From positions 24,986,001 through 25,050,000 of the forward strand of contig NC_043017.1 of assembly GCF_006345805.1 (NCBI RefSeq): a stretch of 64,000 bases of DNA, in the 5' to 3' direction. The notes below the pieces were generated by a model. It made no database searches. It was not told the DNA's origin and saw only the letters and a program-made list of their open reading frames with translations. Position 1 is the first letter of the stretch. Every line of letters starts with the position of its first letter. The position numbers and the translations under genes are program-made. Of the stretch, positions 49,551 to 62,375 are shown one piece after another. The DNA is from Octopus sinensis (taxonomy: Eukaryota).

Positions 49551-51635
49551 GTGAGTTACTATTCATTTCCTGAATGCAAACGATCTTTATATATTATATA
49601 TCGGTTGAGTTCTGCATCAAAGTTGGTTTTTTTTTTTAATCCTTCATCTTTTCAAAAAAAAAAAAAATTTTTTTTGTGGTATATTCTTCTTATTGTGGCT
49701 TTCGTTTGCATGAGCCAAGGGTCATCTAAATATTACTACCTCAATATTAACTGCATATGTGTCTGTCATGACTGTTGTTGCTTTGTGAACATTGCTATTT
49801 AAATCTTCATCGCATTGTCATTTCACTTTCATTTCACATGATCTTTCCTAAATCATCATCATTATAATAATAATAATAATAATAGCTGTTCAGTTACAAT
49901 AGTTTTATCCAGCTGCATAAAAATTCCAGGTTAATTATGAATTAAAATTGAAGTTACCTATGTTGTTTGTCTGTTGATCCGTTTTCCTGCTTTTGGTTAC
50001 TTTTTCCTTTCTTTATTGTGAGATCCTTTATTTGAAGTTTCATATTGAAACAGCTTATGTTCCTCACTTCCTACCACTTTTTTTTTTTACTTTTAGTTTG
50101 GTCAATTTATTGTACCATTTTTTAAAATGAGAAAATCATTATTTCCTCTCATGAGTTTCATTCTTTTTTATTTATTTAAATTTTGTTTCTAATTCAGAGC
50201 AGGGCCACTTATTTGATTGGCCTTCAAGCACCAACGGGCACACCTCAGCCTCTGTCCCATAGCTGTGCTATCTCCTTTCTCTGCCTTTTCTATCACCACT
50301 ATAATGGCTTCTGCTCCTTTGAGCTGGCTGGTTTTATACATCCATCAAACAGGCATTCCCAGCCCATTTTCCCCTCTACATCTCATCACCCTTGGTGCAT
50401 TTTACAGTAATGACTATGCCAAGAGTCATGGTATCTGTTCAGTTCCTTCAGACTGAGCAAAGAAAAAACAAAAAAAAAAAGATCTACTGATAGTTAGGGG
50501 TCACCAAGGATTTCCTAAAACACAAGGTCAACTTGAAAATGTGTGTTTCTGATCATTGACATAACCAGTCATCTTAGCTGTTTGTTGTTTAACCCTTTAG
50601 CATTCAGATAATTCTGTCAAATGTGATGCTTATTTATTCACATTGTTTTGACTTAATCATGCATAATCTCATAGCTTTGAGATTTCAGTCTTTAGAATGA
50701 CAGTGTGTGGTGCGTGTAAGAGGTCAGATCTGGCCAGTTTGAAAATAAAGCAGGAAGAATATTTTGGCTGGATCTGGCTGGTTTAAATGCTAAAGGGTGA
50801 AACTACATGTTAAAGAAATAAAAATTGCAGCAATAATGGCTGCTCAGTTTTGACACATCCTCTCCAACCATGTCACACATTAAAGACACACATTTACAAA
50901 GTTTTTTGTTTTTGTCATTCTTTACTCTCCCTACGAAATGCTATGCAGTATTTATTCCGATTCTCTCTGTTCTGGGTTCAGATCTCAGAGAGATCATCTT
51001 TGGCTACCCATATCTATGCCGCCAAAGACGGAGGCTTCCACTCGAGGGCCAATGAGGCTTGGCACTAATGTCATCACAGATACTGCTATCGGAACGTAAG
51101 CAGAAGGAACAAATACCACAAGGTATCTCATTTGGCACTCTAGTACCTCTATCAGTCCACCTCTTTGGATTGGTACTTTCTTGTTGATCCCGAAAGGATA
51201 AAAGGCAATGTTGGCCTCAGCGAGAATTGAACTAAGAGCACAGCGTATCAGACTGCCAGGCAGTTTATCCTGTGGCCTGGTGGTTAGGCTGTTGCAGTCA
51301 TGATTGCAAGATTGTGGTTAGCATTCCTGGACCAGGTGGTGCATTATGTTCTTGGGCAAAACACTTCACTTCTTATTGCTCCATCCACACAGCTGTAAAC
51401 AAGTAAATTCTGTGACAAACTGGTATTGCATTCAGTGGGAACATTGTCACTTTTACCCCATAGGAACTGGGTAACTGGCACTGTGAGTCTTAAGGACCTG
51501 AGAGAGTAATATCCAGGAATTGATGAAGATAACAATGAGTCTATCCAGCGCTCTAACAAGTCTGCTAATTTGCCATCTTTGAAGTGACAACCAGGAATCA
51601 AAACATATCTGAAGGAATTTGCCAGGAGCTGATTT

Positions 51636-51666
<31 letters not shown>

Positions 51667-52814
51667 TCATCTCTCTCAGATTAATTTTACTCTGAGATGC
51701 TCCATAAATTCTAGATAAGAATATTAACTATCATTCTTTTTTTTTTTTTCCTTTTTCTGCTCATTATTAAAATCTTACATATATTTTTTTAATCATAAAC
51801 AGCTTCCGATTCTGTCAGCTAGCAGACAGAAATAATATGGTACTTCTTGTGTGCTAAACTAACAGACTACATACCAACAAGTCAACCCCACACCACAACA
51901 AAACCCTCACCAACCATCCGTCTCTCCCTCTGCTCCTGTTACTGTTCTTCTTTTTTTTATTCCCCCCTCTTTCTGCTTGCTGTTGTAGTTTTTAACATTG
52001 TTGCAGAATTGCTACAATTCATGTTAATGTTCTGCAGAGGCAGAGACGGAATCATTTTTAGCAATTCAACAACAAAAATCAAAAAAAAAAAAAAAATCAA
52101 CTGTGATATTGAAATTGACAAAAATTCTTATTACCACTCAGAAATAATTTATTCTATTAATTTAATTGAATTTAATTTTATTTTCTTCATTTCCACTTTC
52201 AGTTGTATTTTACAAAACCCGTACCCAAACAAGCATGTTCCCACCCACATACTTTTTTTTTTTGCCAAATATGGCAACCATACATAAATTCTGTTCTTGT
52301 TGTTACTGTAGCTGTTGTTGCTGTTACTGTTGTTTGTTGTTGCTGTTCGTGTTGTTTCTGTTAAATGCAATAAACATATATATTTTTCTGATCACCGACC
52401 CGTTGCCAAATATCAGAACGAATTTTACATTTCCCCATCAACCATCCATTACAAATGGATACATACCTGCTCGGTTTTTTATTTTTTTAAACCATTATTT
52501 GTTGAAAATTCATTCCCCAATGTCATTTTATGGAGAAGGGAAAAAACACATAAACAAATAAAGCCCGAAACATTTGTCTTTGATAACTACCCCCTGAACA
52601 GCCCCTTCAATGCCTATAAATGACATTTGAAGTCTGTTAAGGCTGCTGATAGATTTGCAAGAACATGAAACAAATTTCTTTTTTTTTTTACACAGGAAGG
52701 GAAGATTTTTTTTTTTTACCAGTTTTGCCATTAGTTTTGTGGAGAATATCAATTCTTCATTTATTAGTTATAGATTTTCTTACAAAAAACATTATTATCA
52801 TTATTGATTCTGTG

Positions 52815-53490
52815 AGCTGGCAGAATCATTATTGTGACTGATAAAATGCTTAGTGGCTCTTTACATCCTGGGTTCAAATCTTACCAGGGTCAACTTGGCC
52901 TTTCATCCTTTTTGGGCCGATGAAGTAAGTACCAGTTGAGCACTTGAGTCAATGTAATTGACTTATCTTCCCTTGGCCTTGTTCCATAAATTTGAAATCA
53001 TCATCATCATCATCATCATTATTATTAAGGTAGCGGGCTGGCAGAATCATTAGCACACCTGTTGAAATGCTCAGCAGTATTTTGTCTGTCACTATGTTCT
53101 GCGTTCAAATTCTGCCAAGGTGGACTTTGCCTTTCATCCTTTCAGCGTTGATAAAATAAGTACCAGTCAACTATTGGGATCAGTGTGATCGACTGTCCAA
53201 CCCCCCACAAAAATCCAGGCCATGTGCCTATTATAGTAGGAATGATTATTATTATTATTAAGGTAGTGAGCTGGCAGAATTGTTAGCAAGTTGGGTGAAA
53301 TGCTTAGCAGTATTTCATCCGTCTTCCTGTTCTGAGTTCAAATTTTGCTGAGATCAGCTTTGCCTTTCATCCTTTCAGGGTCGATAAAATAAGTACCAGT
53401 TGGGTGCTGGGGTTGATGTAATTGACTATCTGCCTCCCCCAAACTTCAGACCTTGTACCTATAGTAGAAAGGATTATTATTATTATTATT
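52815..53490 (+). mobile_element. Head-to-tail cluster of three SINE family 2 copies between exons A and B
   Basis: Heads at about 52815, 53030 and 53265, each ending in a (CAT)n or (ATT)n tract. Further copies at 29705-29930 and 57775-57990. Confidence 0.8.
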
Positions 53491-54413
53491 ATTATATTAT
53501 TATTATATGCAGTGAATTGACAGAGTTGTTTGAGAGGACAGCAAAATACTTTGTCTGCCTCTTAAACATTTGAGCTTAAATTTTTGTCTAAGTTAACTTT
53601 GTTTACCATAGTTCAGGGCCAGGAAAATAATACTAACAACCTAAAACTAGCAGTCTTGTACCCATGTTTAAAGTCATTCGAATTCTAAGAGCATCAGACA
53701 AGACACCTTGTGGTATTTCTTGTGACTCTTTTCAACAGAAACACTGTAATAAAAGGTTCTTTGATACAAACTTACTGTTTTAAAGCGATCTATATTTAAG
53801 TCCCCCCATATAAATCTCATGTTAACCTATGTTCCAAACTCTTTAATAATGACCTAGTTATTTTAATAAACTCTTCATTATTTTCATAATTAATTGAAAC
53901 AAAGCCATTGTATTTCAACTGAAATCTGGTAATGAAAATTTTAACGGTATTCAGTTGTATCTCTCTACATAATGGCGGTGCCTCAGCATGGCCACAGCTC
54001 GTGAGCTGAAACTAGATAAAATACAATAAATAAAATAATAATTTCAAATTTATCTGTTGGGAGCAGAGGGAGAGATGGGCTGAATAAAATCAATACCGGT
54101 AATATACTGATATATTTTCAGTGTGGCTATTATACCTTTCTTTTATGTGCTTTTGTAAAGAAAGTAAAAGTTTGCTTTAAAAGTTGTCAGAGCTTTCCCT
54201 GTCTCTGTCTGTACTGTACAGGCAGTTAAGCTTATATTCTCATTATTTTTCTATTGTAAAGCTTTTTAAAGTAATTTTTAAAAACTTATTTTGAGACTAT
54301 TGTACGCAGTGTTTTCTTTTTACACACAAAAAAAAAACCAACAAACAAACAAAATCTCTGTGCTTAGTCTATGAATGTCTATGTGTGTTGTTTCTGCTAT
54401 TGTATTGTGAATG

Positions 54414-54432
54414 CTCCTTGACTTGGTCCTAC
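54414..54432 (+). other. U12 branch point CTCCTTGAC plus AC acceptor for alternative exon B
   Basis: CTCCTTGAC at 54414-54422 followed by ttggtcctAC|, the same 10-nt spacing as for exon A. In-frame TGA at 54419-54421 and no AG before the exon. Confidence 0.9.
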
Positions 54433-54535
54433 TATGGTGGAAGCTGTAATTTGTTTCTTTTCTGTGTGGTCTGTTGTTGGTCTTGCTGGCTTCCATACAT
54501 ATCTGGCAGCCTCGGAACAGACCACAAATGAAGAC
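54433..54535 (+). CDS. ZDHHC14: ZDHHC alternative exon B (103 nt; paralogous TM4 + TTxE exon)
   Basis: (S)[34 protein letters not shown]. Same length and phases as exon A, 26/34 aa identical. U2 donor |gtaagt. Confidence 0.95.
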
Positions 54536-56185
54536 GTAAGTATAAACCAAATTGTTCTTAATAGAGAGAATACAAAGAAAGAAAAAGGAAAAAGATAATT
54601 TCATTTTCAAACAAGAGAGAAAGACATTGATGCAATTTGAAGGCTTAGCCTTTTTAGATTATAAAAAAATCTGATATTTTTATTAGATATCTATTGACTT
54701 GTCCTAAATATTTTTTCTCATAAGTAAATGTTGGTAAATTTAATATACCCCATTTCCCTTAATATATATATATATATAAGTTAGCAAAAATTTAGATTCA
54801 AATGAATATGGTACTTAATTTAGATGCACCAGAATTCTGTATGGTGTTATCCATAAAAATCCGTGGGGTGATTATAATTAAAATAAGCAACAAGAATGAC
54901 TCCGGTAATTTGGTACGATTGTTTTGTACTACATCATTTTATTTAACTTTTAATAAAATAGAAAGTTACACTCCGAGGTACAAGTCCGGGCAAGGTTGTT
55001 TATGGAAGGCCAGCAGTCGCCCATGCATACCGGCCTCTCCTCTCCACGCCACTGATGCTATTCAAGGGAAAGGCAAAGGCTGATACAGCTCGGTACCAGT
55101 GATGTCGCAACTCATTGCTACAGCTGAGTGAACTGGAGCAACGTGAAATAAAGTGTCTTGCTCAAGAACACAACACGCAGCCCGATCCTGGAATCGAACT
55201 TACAACCTCACGATCATAAGCTCGACGTTCTAACCACTGAGCCATGCGCCTTCACTAATAAGTACCAGTCAAATTAATGGTGATCGATATGGTTGACTAG
55301 ATCTCCCCTTAAAGTCTGTAACTTATTTCTCTGTGGTAAATCATTGCTATCACAATGGACTCAGGCTAACAACTTGATGGAGATGGCCTGGACAATTTCA
55401 AGGACCTTTTTTAGTTGTTTTACTGTGCTTCTTTTTGTGCCAGTGCCATGTAAAAGCACCCATTACATTCTGTAAAGTGGTTGGCTTTAGAGAGTGCATC
55501 CGGTTGTAGAAACCTGCTCAAACAAACATTGGATTCAGCACAGTCTTTTGGTTCTCACAGGTTCCTGTCAAAGTGTCCAGTTTATGCATGGTAAAATAGA
55601 CATAGACTGGCTGTGGAGAGCAAATCTCATTCTTTTGGATGTAAGCTGGACCTTGTCGGCAAAATAAGCATCAACAACATTCTTAAGTTAGACTAATCAT
55701 CTACCATAGCCCCCCCCCCTCCTCAAGTCAGCAGGAACATTGGCATGACATCTGCTTGTTCTGTGGAATGTTTGTGTTATTGTGGTGTGGCCATTTGTGC
55801 TTACCAAACAACATAAAAGAAATTTTTCTAAGACAGTTTCCATTCTCACTGTTAGAGTCATAGTATTGTTGAAGACGAGAATAAAATAACAATGTCAAGT
55901 TGTCTCATTTCACATCTTTTCCACTTCATTCTGATGATTCATGCCTCTTTCATAAATCAGTTTTTCTCTCTGTGGTTCCTGTAACATTATATATATATAT
56001 ATATATGTATATATATGAACTTTATTGAAGCTGTAGAGATTCACAAATTTTTGTTTTTTAATATGACCTGTCTGATGATTGGTTTTGTGAAGTTTTTGCA
56101 GCTCCAATATATAATTATTGTACTGTACTTTTGGTATTCTAGTACTATTTTCTCCACCTTGTCTTGCACCTATGTGCTATGATAC

Positions 56186-56232
<47 letters not shown>

Positions 56233-56263
56233 GGTTTGGAGATGATATACAGGTATTATATAG

Positions 56264-56460
56264 TAGAAGAAATAAGATACTCAGAAATCTGGATGGTTTT
56301 ATATTTATTATGTCACATGTTTTTATGAATCATATATTAGCGCTTGACTCCACTAGAGTGGACACAAGCTGTAATATATGATTTATAAAAACATCTGACA
56401 TATTAATAAATATCTGTAAATATAAAACCATCCAGATTTCTGAGTACCTTATTTCTTCTA
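56264..56460. repeat. Fold-back palindrome of about 200 bp in (TA)n
   Basis: 44-bp outer arms with 1 mismatch (56264-56307 / 56417-56460), a degenerate inner stem and centre ccact-ag-agtgg. Confidence 0.9.
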
Positions 56461-57297
56461 ATATATATATGTATATATGTATGTGTTTTAAATTGGTCCC
56501 TGAAATCATTGTTTTACTAAACTATTTATGACATATTTGCTGTCACAAACTACTTCCTCAACTACGTTTATTATACTAAACAGTTTCCCAAAATGTATTT
56601 GTTTTATTAAACTACTTTCTGAAATATAATTGTTTTACTAAACTGTTTCCTAAAATATTAAAATATATTATTAATTGCATATGTATTTTCAATTAACTTG
56701 CAAAACAATCATATTTTGGAGGGTTATATATGTTGGTATAATGTAATATACTATGTCTAACTGTAACTTTGTTTGATAGTATATTGTATGATATATCTTT
56801 AACTGTATACCTTAGCTTATGTGATATATCTGTAACTTTATTAGTATACTATGCAAGGTGTTGTCCAACTGGAATCCTATGTTAATTCATATTGTAATGA
56901 AACGTTGACTGATATTTCATTTTAAATATTAACCCTTTAGAAGGGGTAGTTTCAAGCGGGTTAGTATTAATAGAAGTTAACCCTTTAACTGCAAAATTAA
57001 ATTTCTTGGTTATCCCTGTGATAATGCTAAATATCTACCAAAATATAGACTTGGTATTTCTGCAAGTTCCAAGTCACATTGCCTCAATAAACGTGACATA
57101 TCTTGGCCAAAAATAATTTCAAACACGACATTCCTCAGCAAAAGATAGAATGCTATATAAAACTTGTTTTTGCAGTTAAGGGGAATGAAATTGTGAATGG
57201 TTATATCTGATTTCCTTCTGTTATTATCTAAACTTTAGTATCTCGTCACGCACACAGCCACATACATATCGCACTGACATATTTATTTCATTAATAG

Positions 57298-57407
57298 ATA
57301 AAAGGTTCCTTTTCATCCAAGAGAGGACAAGATAATTTTAATCCGTATAGCAGAGGGTCCATTTTTAAAAATTGCCTTGTTGTACTATGTGGACCCAATC
57401 CTCCAAG
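57298..57407 (+). CDS. ZDHHC14: ZDHHC exon, 110 nt, cytosolic C-terminal conserved region (PaCCT-type NPY..G...N motif)
   Basis: Acceptor tttcattaatag| and donor |gtaagt. [36 protein letters not shown](S) continues NED-IKGS as in ZDHHC9/14/18. Confidence 0.96.
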
Positions 57408-57547
57408 GTAAGTTTTGCTAATGGTTAAAATTTTTTTTTTTTACTAATGCCTCATTTTGTAAATTTTTAAAAATTCAACTTGTATTTACTTGTGTTTCTT
57501 CAAATTATAATTCATCTTGTGTAATCGTTGTTGTCATTATTATTTAA

Positions 57548-57768
57548 CCCTTTCAATACCAACCCGGCTGAAACCGCCTCTGGCTCTGTAGTACAAATGT
57601 CATGTTAACATAAGTTTTGAATTTAAATCTCCCACCAAACCTTAGTCACAATTTATGTTCCTAACACTAGCTTAATGATAATGAACTTATTTTATTAAGT
57701 TCTTTGTTATATTTAAAACAATTGAAAGAAACACAGAGCATCTCAAAATAAATACAGTAACGAAAGGG
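57548..57768. mobile_element. TTAA-flanked MITE family B
   Basis: TTAA at both ends; body matches 40417-40636. Confidence 0.85.
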
Positions 57769-59520
57769 TTAAAGCAATGAGCTGGCAGAACTGTTAACAT
57801 GAGACAGAAGTTTAACAGCATTTCATTTGTTTTCATGTTCTGAGTTCAAATTCCACCAAGGTTGACTTAGCCTTTCGTCCTTTTGGGGTCAAGAAAATAA
57901 GTACCAGTTGAGCACCGGGATTGATGTAAATGACTAGTCTCCTACCCACAAATTTCTGACCTTGTGCCTATAGTAGAAAAGATTATTATTATTGAGGGCA
58001 ATGGAATTAGCAGAATCATCAGGACCAGCCAGAACCATGAGAATTTTGGACAGAAGGCCTTGCAGTATATGCTTTTCCCTTTCTAATTCCTAAGTTTATA
58101 TTCTACAGAAGCCAATTTCATATTTCATCCTTTTGTGTTCAGTTAATTAATTAATTAATTAACAGTCCCAGGAATTATTAGAGTGTTGGCTCTGTTGCCT
58201 TGCTGCATCGATTCTGTCCTAGCTCTTGCCATTTTGAAAGCAATACTTGCAGGAACACTGATGCTAAACTGTATTCACCATTGTCTCTTCCTTGGATGAC
58301 ATGAGTGGGCATATTGAGGGCAGACTGGCATGCATTAAAATCTTGCCTGGTTTGCCCCTTGGCGAAGAACTTTACAGGTGCAGATCCTTAGTCTTATAAG
58401 ACATTTGGATATCCCAGATCCCAACCACACAGTTTCAGATTTGGTGCCACTCTACTATAACTCCAGACTGTTTAGTACCTCATGAGTAAGTCTGGTAGGT
58501 AGAAACTGCAAGCGAAGCCTGTTGTAAATATGTTGGCTTCGTCATCATCATTATTTAATGTCCACTGTTCTGTGTTTGCATGGGTCAGAGGGAATTTTGG
58601 GGGTAGGTTTTCTACAGCTGGATCCCCTCCCTTTCACAAACCCTCATCTATTTCCAAGCAAGGTAATATCTCCCCATGGCTGAATCTCATTCCTACGCAA
58701 AACTGGAAACGAGCAGCACCTCTTATATGACAGTGGTGCTTGTTTACAGCCATCACATAATGTCAAAACACATGGAGATACAAATGCACAAATACATGTA
58801 TTTATATATATGCACACACATATACACAAATAAAATAAATATATATATTGAAAAATATACATCATCATCATCATCGTTTAACGTCCGTTTTCCGTGCTAG
58901 CATGGGTTGGACGGTTCGACCGGGGTCAGGGAAGCCAGGAGGCTGTGCCAGGCTCCAGTCTGATCTGGCAGTGTTTCTACAGCTGGATGCCCTTCCTAAC
59001 GCCAACCACTCCGTGAGTGTAGTGGGTGCTTTTTACATGCCACCGGCACAGGTGCCAGGGGAGGCTGGCAGCAGCCATGATCGGATGGTGCTTTTTACGT
59101 GCCACTGGCACAGAAGCCAGTCCATGCGGCGCTGGCATTGGCCACGTTTGGATGGTGCTTTTTACGTGCCACCGGCACAGGTATCACAACTACTATTTCC
59201 ATTTGATATTCATTTCGATTGTATATAAATAAGACATTAAATGATGATATATGTGTATGCATGCACACACACACATATATGCACTATACACATATAAATG
59301 CAAATATATATTTAAATACACACACACACACACACACAAATATCTCTCTACCTACCTATCTATATACTTACCTATCTATCTACCTACCTATCTATCTACC
59401 TATCTGTCTGTCTGTCTAATATATACCTATCTGTCTGTCTGTCTAATATATATATATTTATTTATAGCACACTGTACACACAAGTAATGGAATTTTTATA
59501 AAATCTCTTTCTCTTTCCAG

Positions 59521-59659
59521 TTTAATCGACCGGAGAGGTTACGTTGTACCTGACAGTTCTCAGATACACAGTGACAGCTTCAACAGCTGTGTAAAAGAAA
59601 GTAACTCTGTCAACGTCAAACATGAATATTATGGTTCGACAACAGTGACGGAACAAAAG
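59521..59659 (+). CDS. ZDHHC14: ZDHHC exon, 139 nt
   Basis: Acceptor ctctttctctttccag| and donor |gtgagt. (S)LIDRRGYVVPDSSQIHSDSFNSCVKESNSVNVKHEYYGSTTVTEQK; SLIDRRG is the subfamily hallmark. Confidence 0.93.
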
Positions 59660-61249
59660 GTGAGTGACATACACAACACAACACAACACTGCTTTGTTGG
59701 CAAGTGACCATAAGCGTTTGCATTTCGTCTTTTTTCTTGCCGAAACCATTGGATCTGTTTTTGCCTCTGTGTGTGTCTTTGTGTATGTCAGTGATGTCCA
59801 TGACTATGCATGCATGCATGCATGTGTGTGTGTATGCACATACATAAATATGTGTATGTGTCTGTATATGCGTGAAAGTGTGTATCTGCATGCATGTGAG
59901 CATGTGTGTCTATGTGTGCAAGTTTGTAAGTGCACGTGTGTATATGCGTATGTATGTGTGTGTGTGTGTGTGCATATACGTGTGTGTGTGTGTGCATATA
60001 CGTGTGTGTGTGTGCACGTGTGCACCTCTGCATGTGTGTGTGTCTATGTGTGGATGTGTGCTTATGTATATGTGTGTGATGTGTGAATCCATGCTTGATT
60101 AAGAGTCTGGCTGAATGGTTAAGAAGTCTACTTTGCACTCATAAAATTCCAGGTTCAATCTAACATTGTGGAATTTCGGACCTGTGTCTTCTACCATAGT
60201 CTGTGGGTACATCGCAATCTTTTGAGGGAGGAAGCCAAACCTTGAGGAACGAATAAGGAGAATCTTGCTTTGCTATCATGACATTCCATATTCAATTACA
60301 CCATGTGGCCCTTTGGGCCACTATCTACTGTCAAGCTTTGTGAATAAAATTAGGTTATTGGAAACTGTGTGGAAGCCTGTTGAATGAACTATACTTTTAA
60401 TTCTATTGGCCAGCCTTATTAAACTCAGTCTGACACTGATTCTACCTGCGAATTATATTAAGTGTACACACTCTTGTTCATACACACATATACACATGCA
60501 CTTTTGCACATGCATACACTGTCATGCACTCACACACACACACACACACACACACACTTTCTCTCTCTCTCTCTATTTCTCTCCACACATACAATGGGTC
60601 TCATACAATTTTCACCTGCTGCTTTCACTCACAAGGTATCAGTCAGCTCAGAGCTACAATACACACACACACACACAAACACACAAATATATATACTCGC
60701 ACACACACACACACAAACACACAAATATATATACTCGCACACACACACACACACACACACGAGGATCCATTTCCTTGTACCAACATTCCAGAAAATTCCA
60801 ACATCAAACGCAGCTTCCTGTCCATTTAGTAAGGCAGGCTAGAATTCTTTGTTTGCCTAACTTAATCAATTAGCATTGTGACATTTACTTGTATATTCTT
60901 TGGGGGGGTTTTTTTTCTGTGCTTTTCTGCTGTATTTGTTGTCATTGACTCTCTTCCTCTCTACTGTATTCTTCAATTTCATGTTTAGCAAATATCGCTT
61001 AATGCCTTTTTGATTCCCAAATGCCACCTTATCCATATTAGCTGTCTGTTTGATCAGGTTTTAGTCTGTGTATATAAGGATATATAAAACCGATTATTTT
61101 TGGGTTTGTTGTGTTGTTTTTTTTGCATACACATGCAAATATATAGATATATACACGTGTGCTTGTGTATATATGTATTGTGTATATATATATATATATA
61201 TATACATGCATATATATAGATATATACACGTGTTTGTGTATATATGTAT

Positions 61250-61297
<48 letters not shown>

Positions 61298-61637
61298 TAT
61301 ATTGTGTATATATGTGTATATATATGTGTGTGTGTGTATATATATATACATATATATAAGTAAATATATATAATATATATATATATGTATATATATATAA
61401 TATACACTGTGTGTGTGTGTTTATATATATATATACTTTTATTTGTTTCAGTCATTAGACCAAGGCCATACTGGAGCACCACTTTCAAGGGTTTTTTAGT
61501 CGAAAAATTCAACCCCAGGACTTATTCTTTGCAAACCTACTACTTATTCTATCAGTCTCTTTTGCCAAACCGCTAAGTTATGGAGGTGTAAACACACCAA
61601 CATCGGTTGTCATAGTCATATATTTATCTGATCAGTT

Positions 61638-62375
61638 AGGCACAGGCGTGGCTGTGTAGTAAGAAGCTTGCTTCCCATCCACATGGTTTCCAGTTCAGTC
61701 CTGCTGCATGTCACTTTGGGCACGTGTCTTCTACTATAGCTTCAGGCCGACCAAAGCCTTTGTCAGTGGATTTGGTAGATTGAAACTGAAAGATGCCCAT
61801 CCTATATGTGTGTTAGTGTGTGTGTGTGTGTGTGTGTGATTGTCCTCCACCACCACTAGACAACCAGTGTCAGTGGATTTGGTAGATTGAAACTGAAAGA
61901 TGCCCGTCCTATATGTGTGTGTGTGTGTGTGTGTGTGATTGTCCTCCACCACCACTGGACAACCAGTGTCAGTGTGCTTAAGTCAGTCCTTGTTACTTAG
62001 TAGTTCAACAGTAGAGACCGATAGAGTAACTACCAGGCTAAACCCTTTAGTGTTCTGATTATTCCATCAAACATAATGCCTATTGATTCACATTGATTTG
62101 AATTAATCATGCATTATCTCATATCTTCAAGATCTTGATGGTGTAATTACTTAATGTAGAATAACATTGTAGGGTAGGTGTGAGAGCCTGGATCTGGTCA
62201 GTTTGAACATAAAACAGATTAAATATTTTGGCCGGATATGTACCGGTTTAAATACTAAAGGGTTAAGAAAAAAAGTACTTGGATCAGTTCATTAGACTAA
62301 AAACTCTTCAACATAGGTGCTCCAGCATGGCCACAGTCTAATGACTGAAACAAGTAAAAGATAAAAGTTGTTGTG
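61638..62375 (+). mobile_element. SINE family 1 copy with an internal tandem duplication of about 105 bp and a MITE insertion
   Basis: gtcagtggatttggtagattgaaactg...ccaccact.gacaaccagt occurs twice (about 61762-61968). The copy is interrupted by the TTAA-MITE at 62043-62262. An inverted partial copy lies at 61437-61610. Confidence 0.8.
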
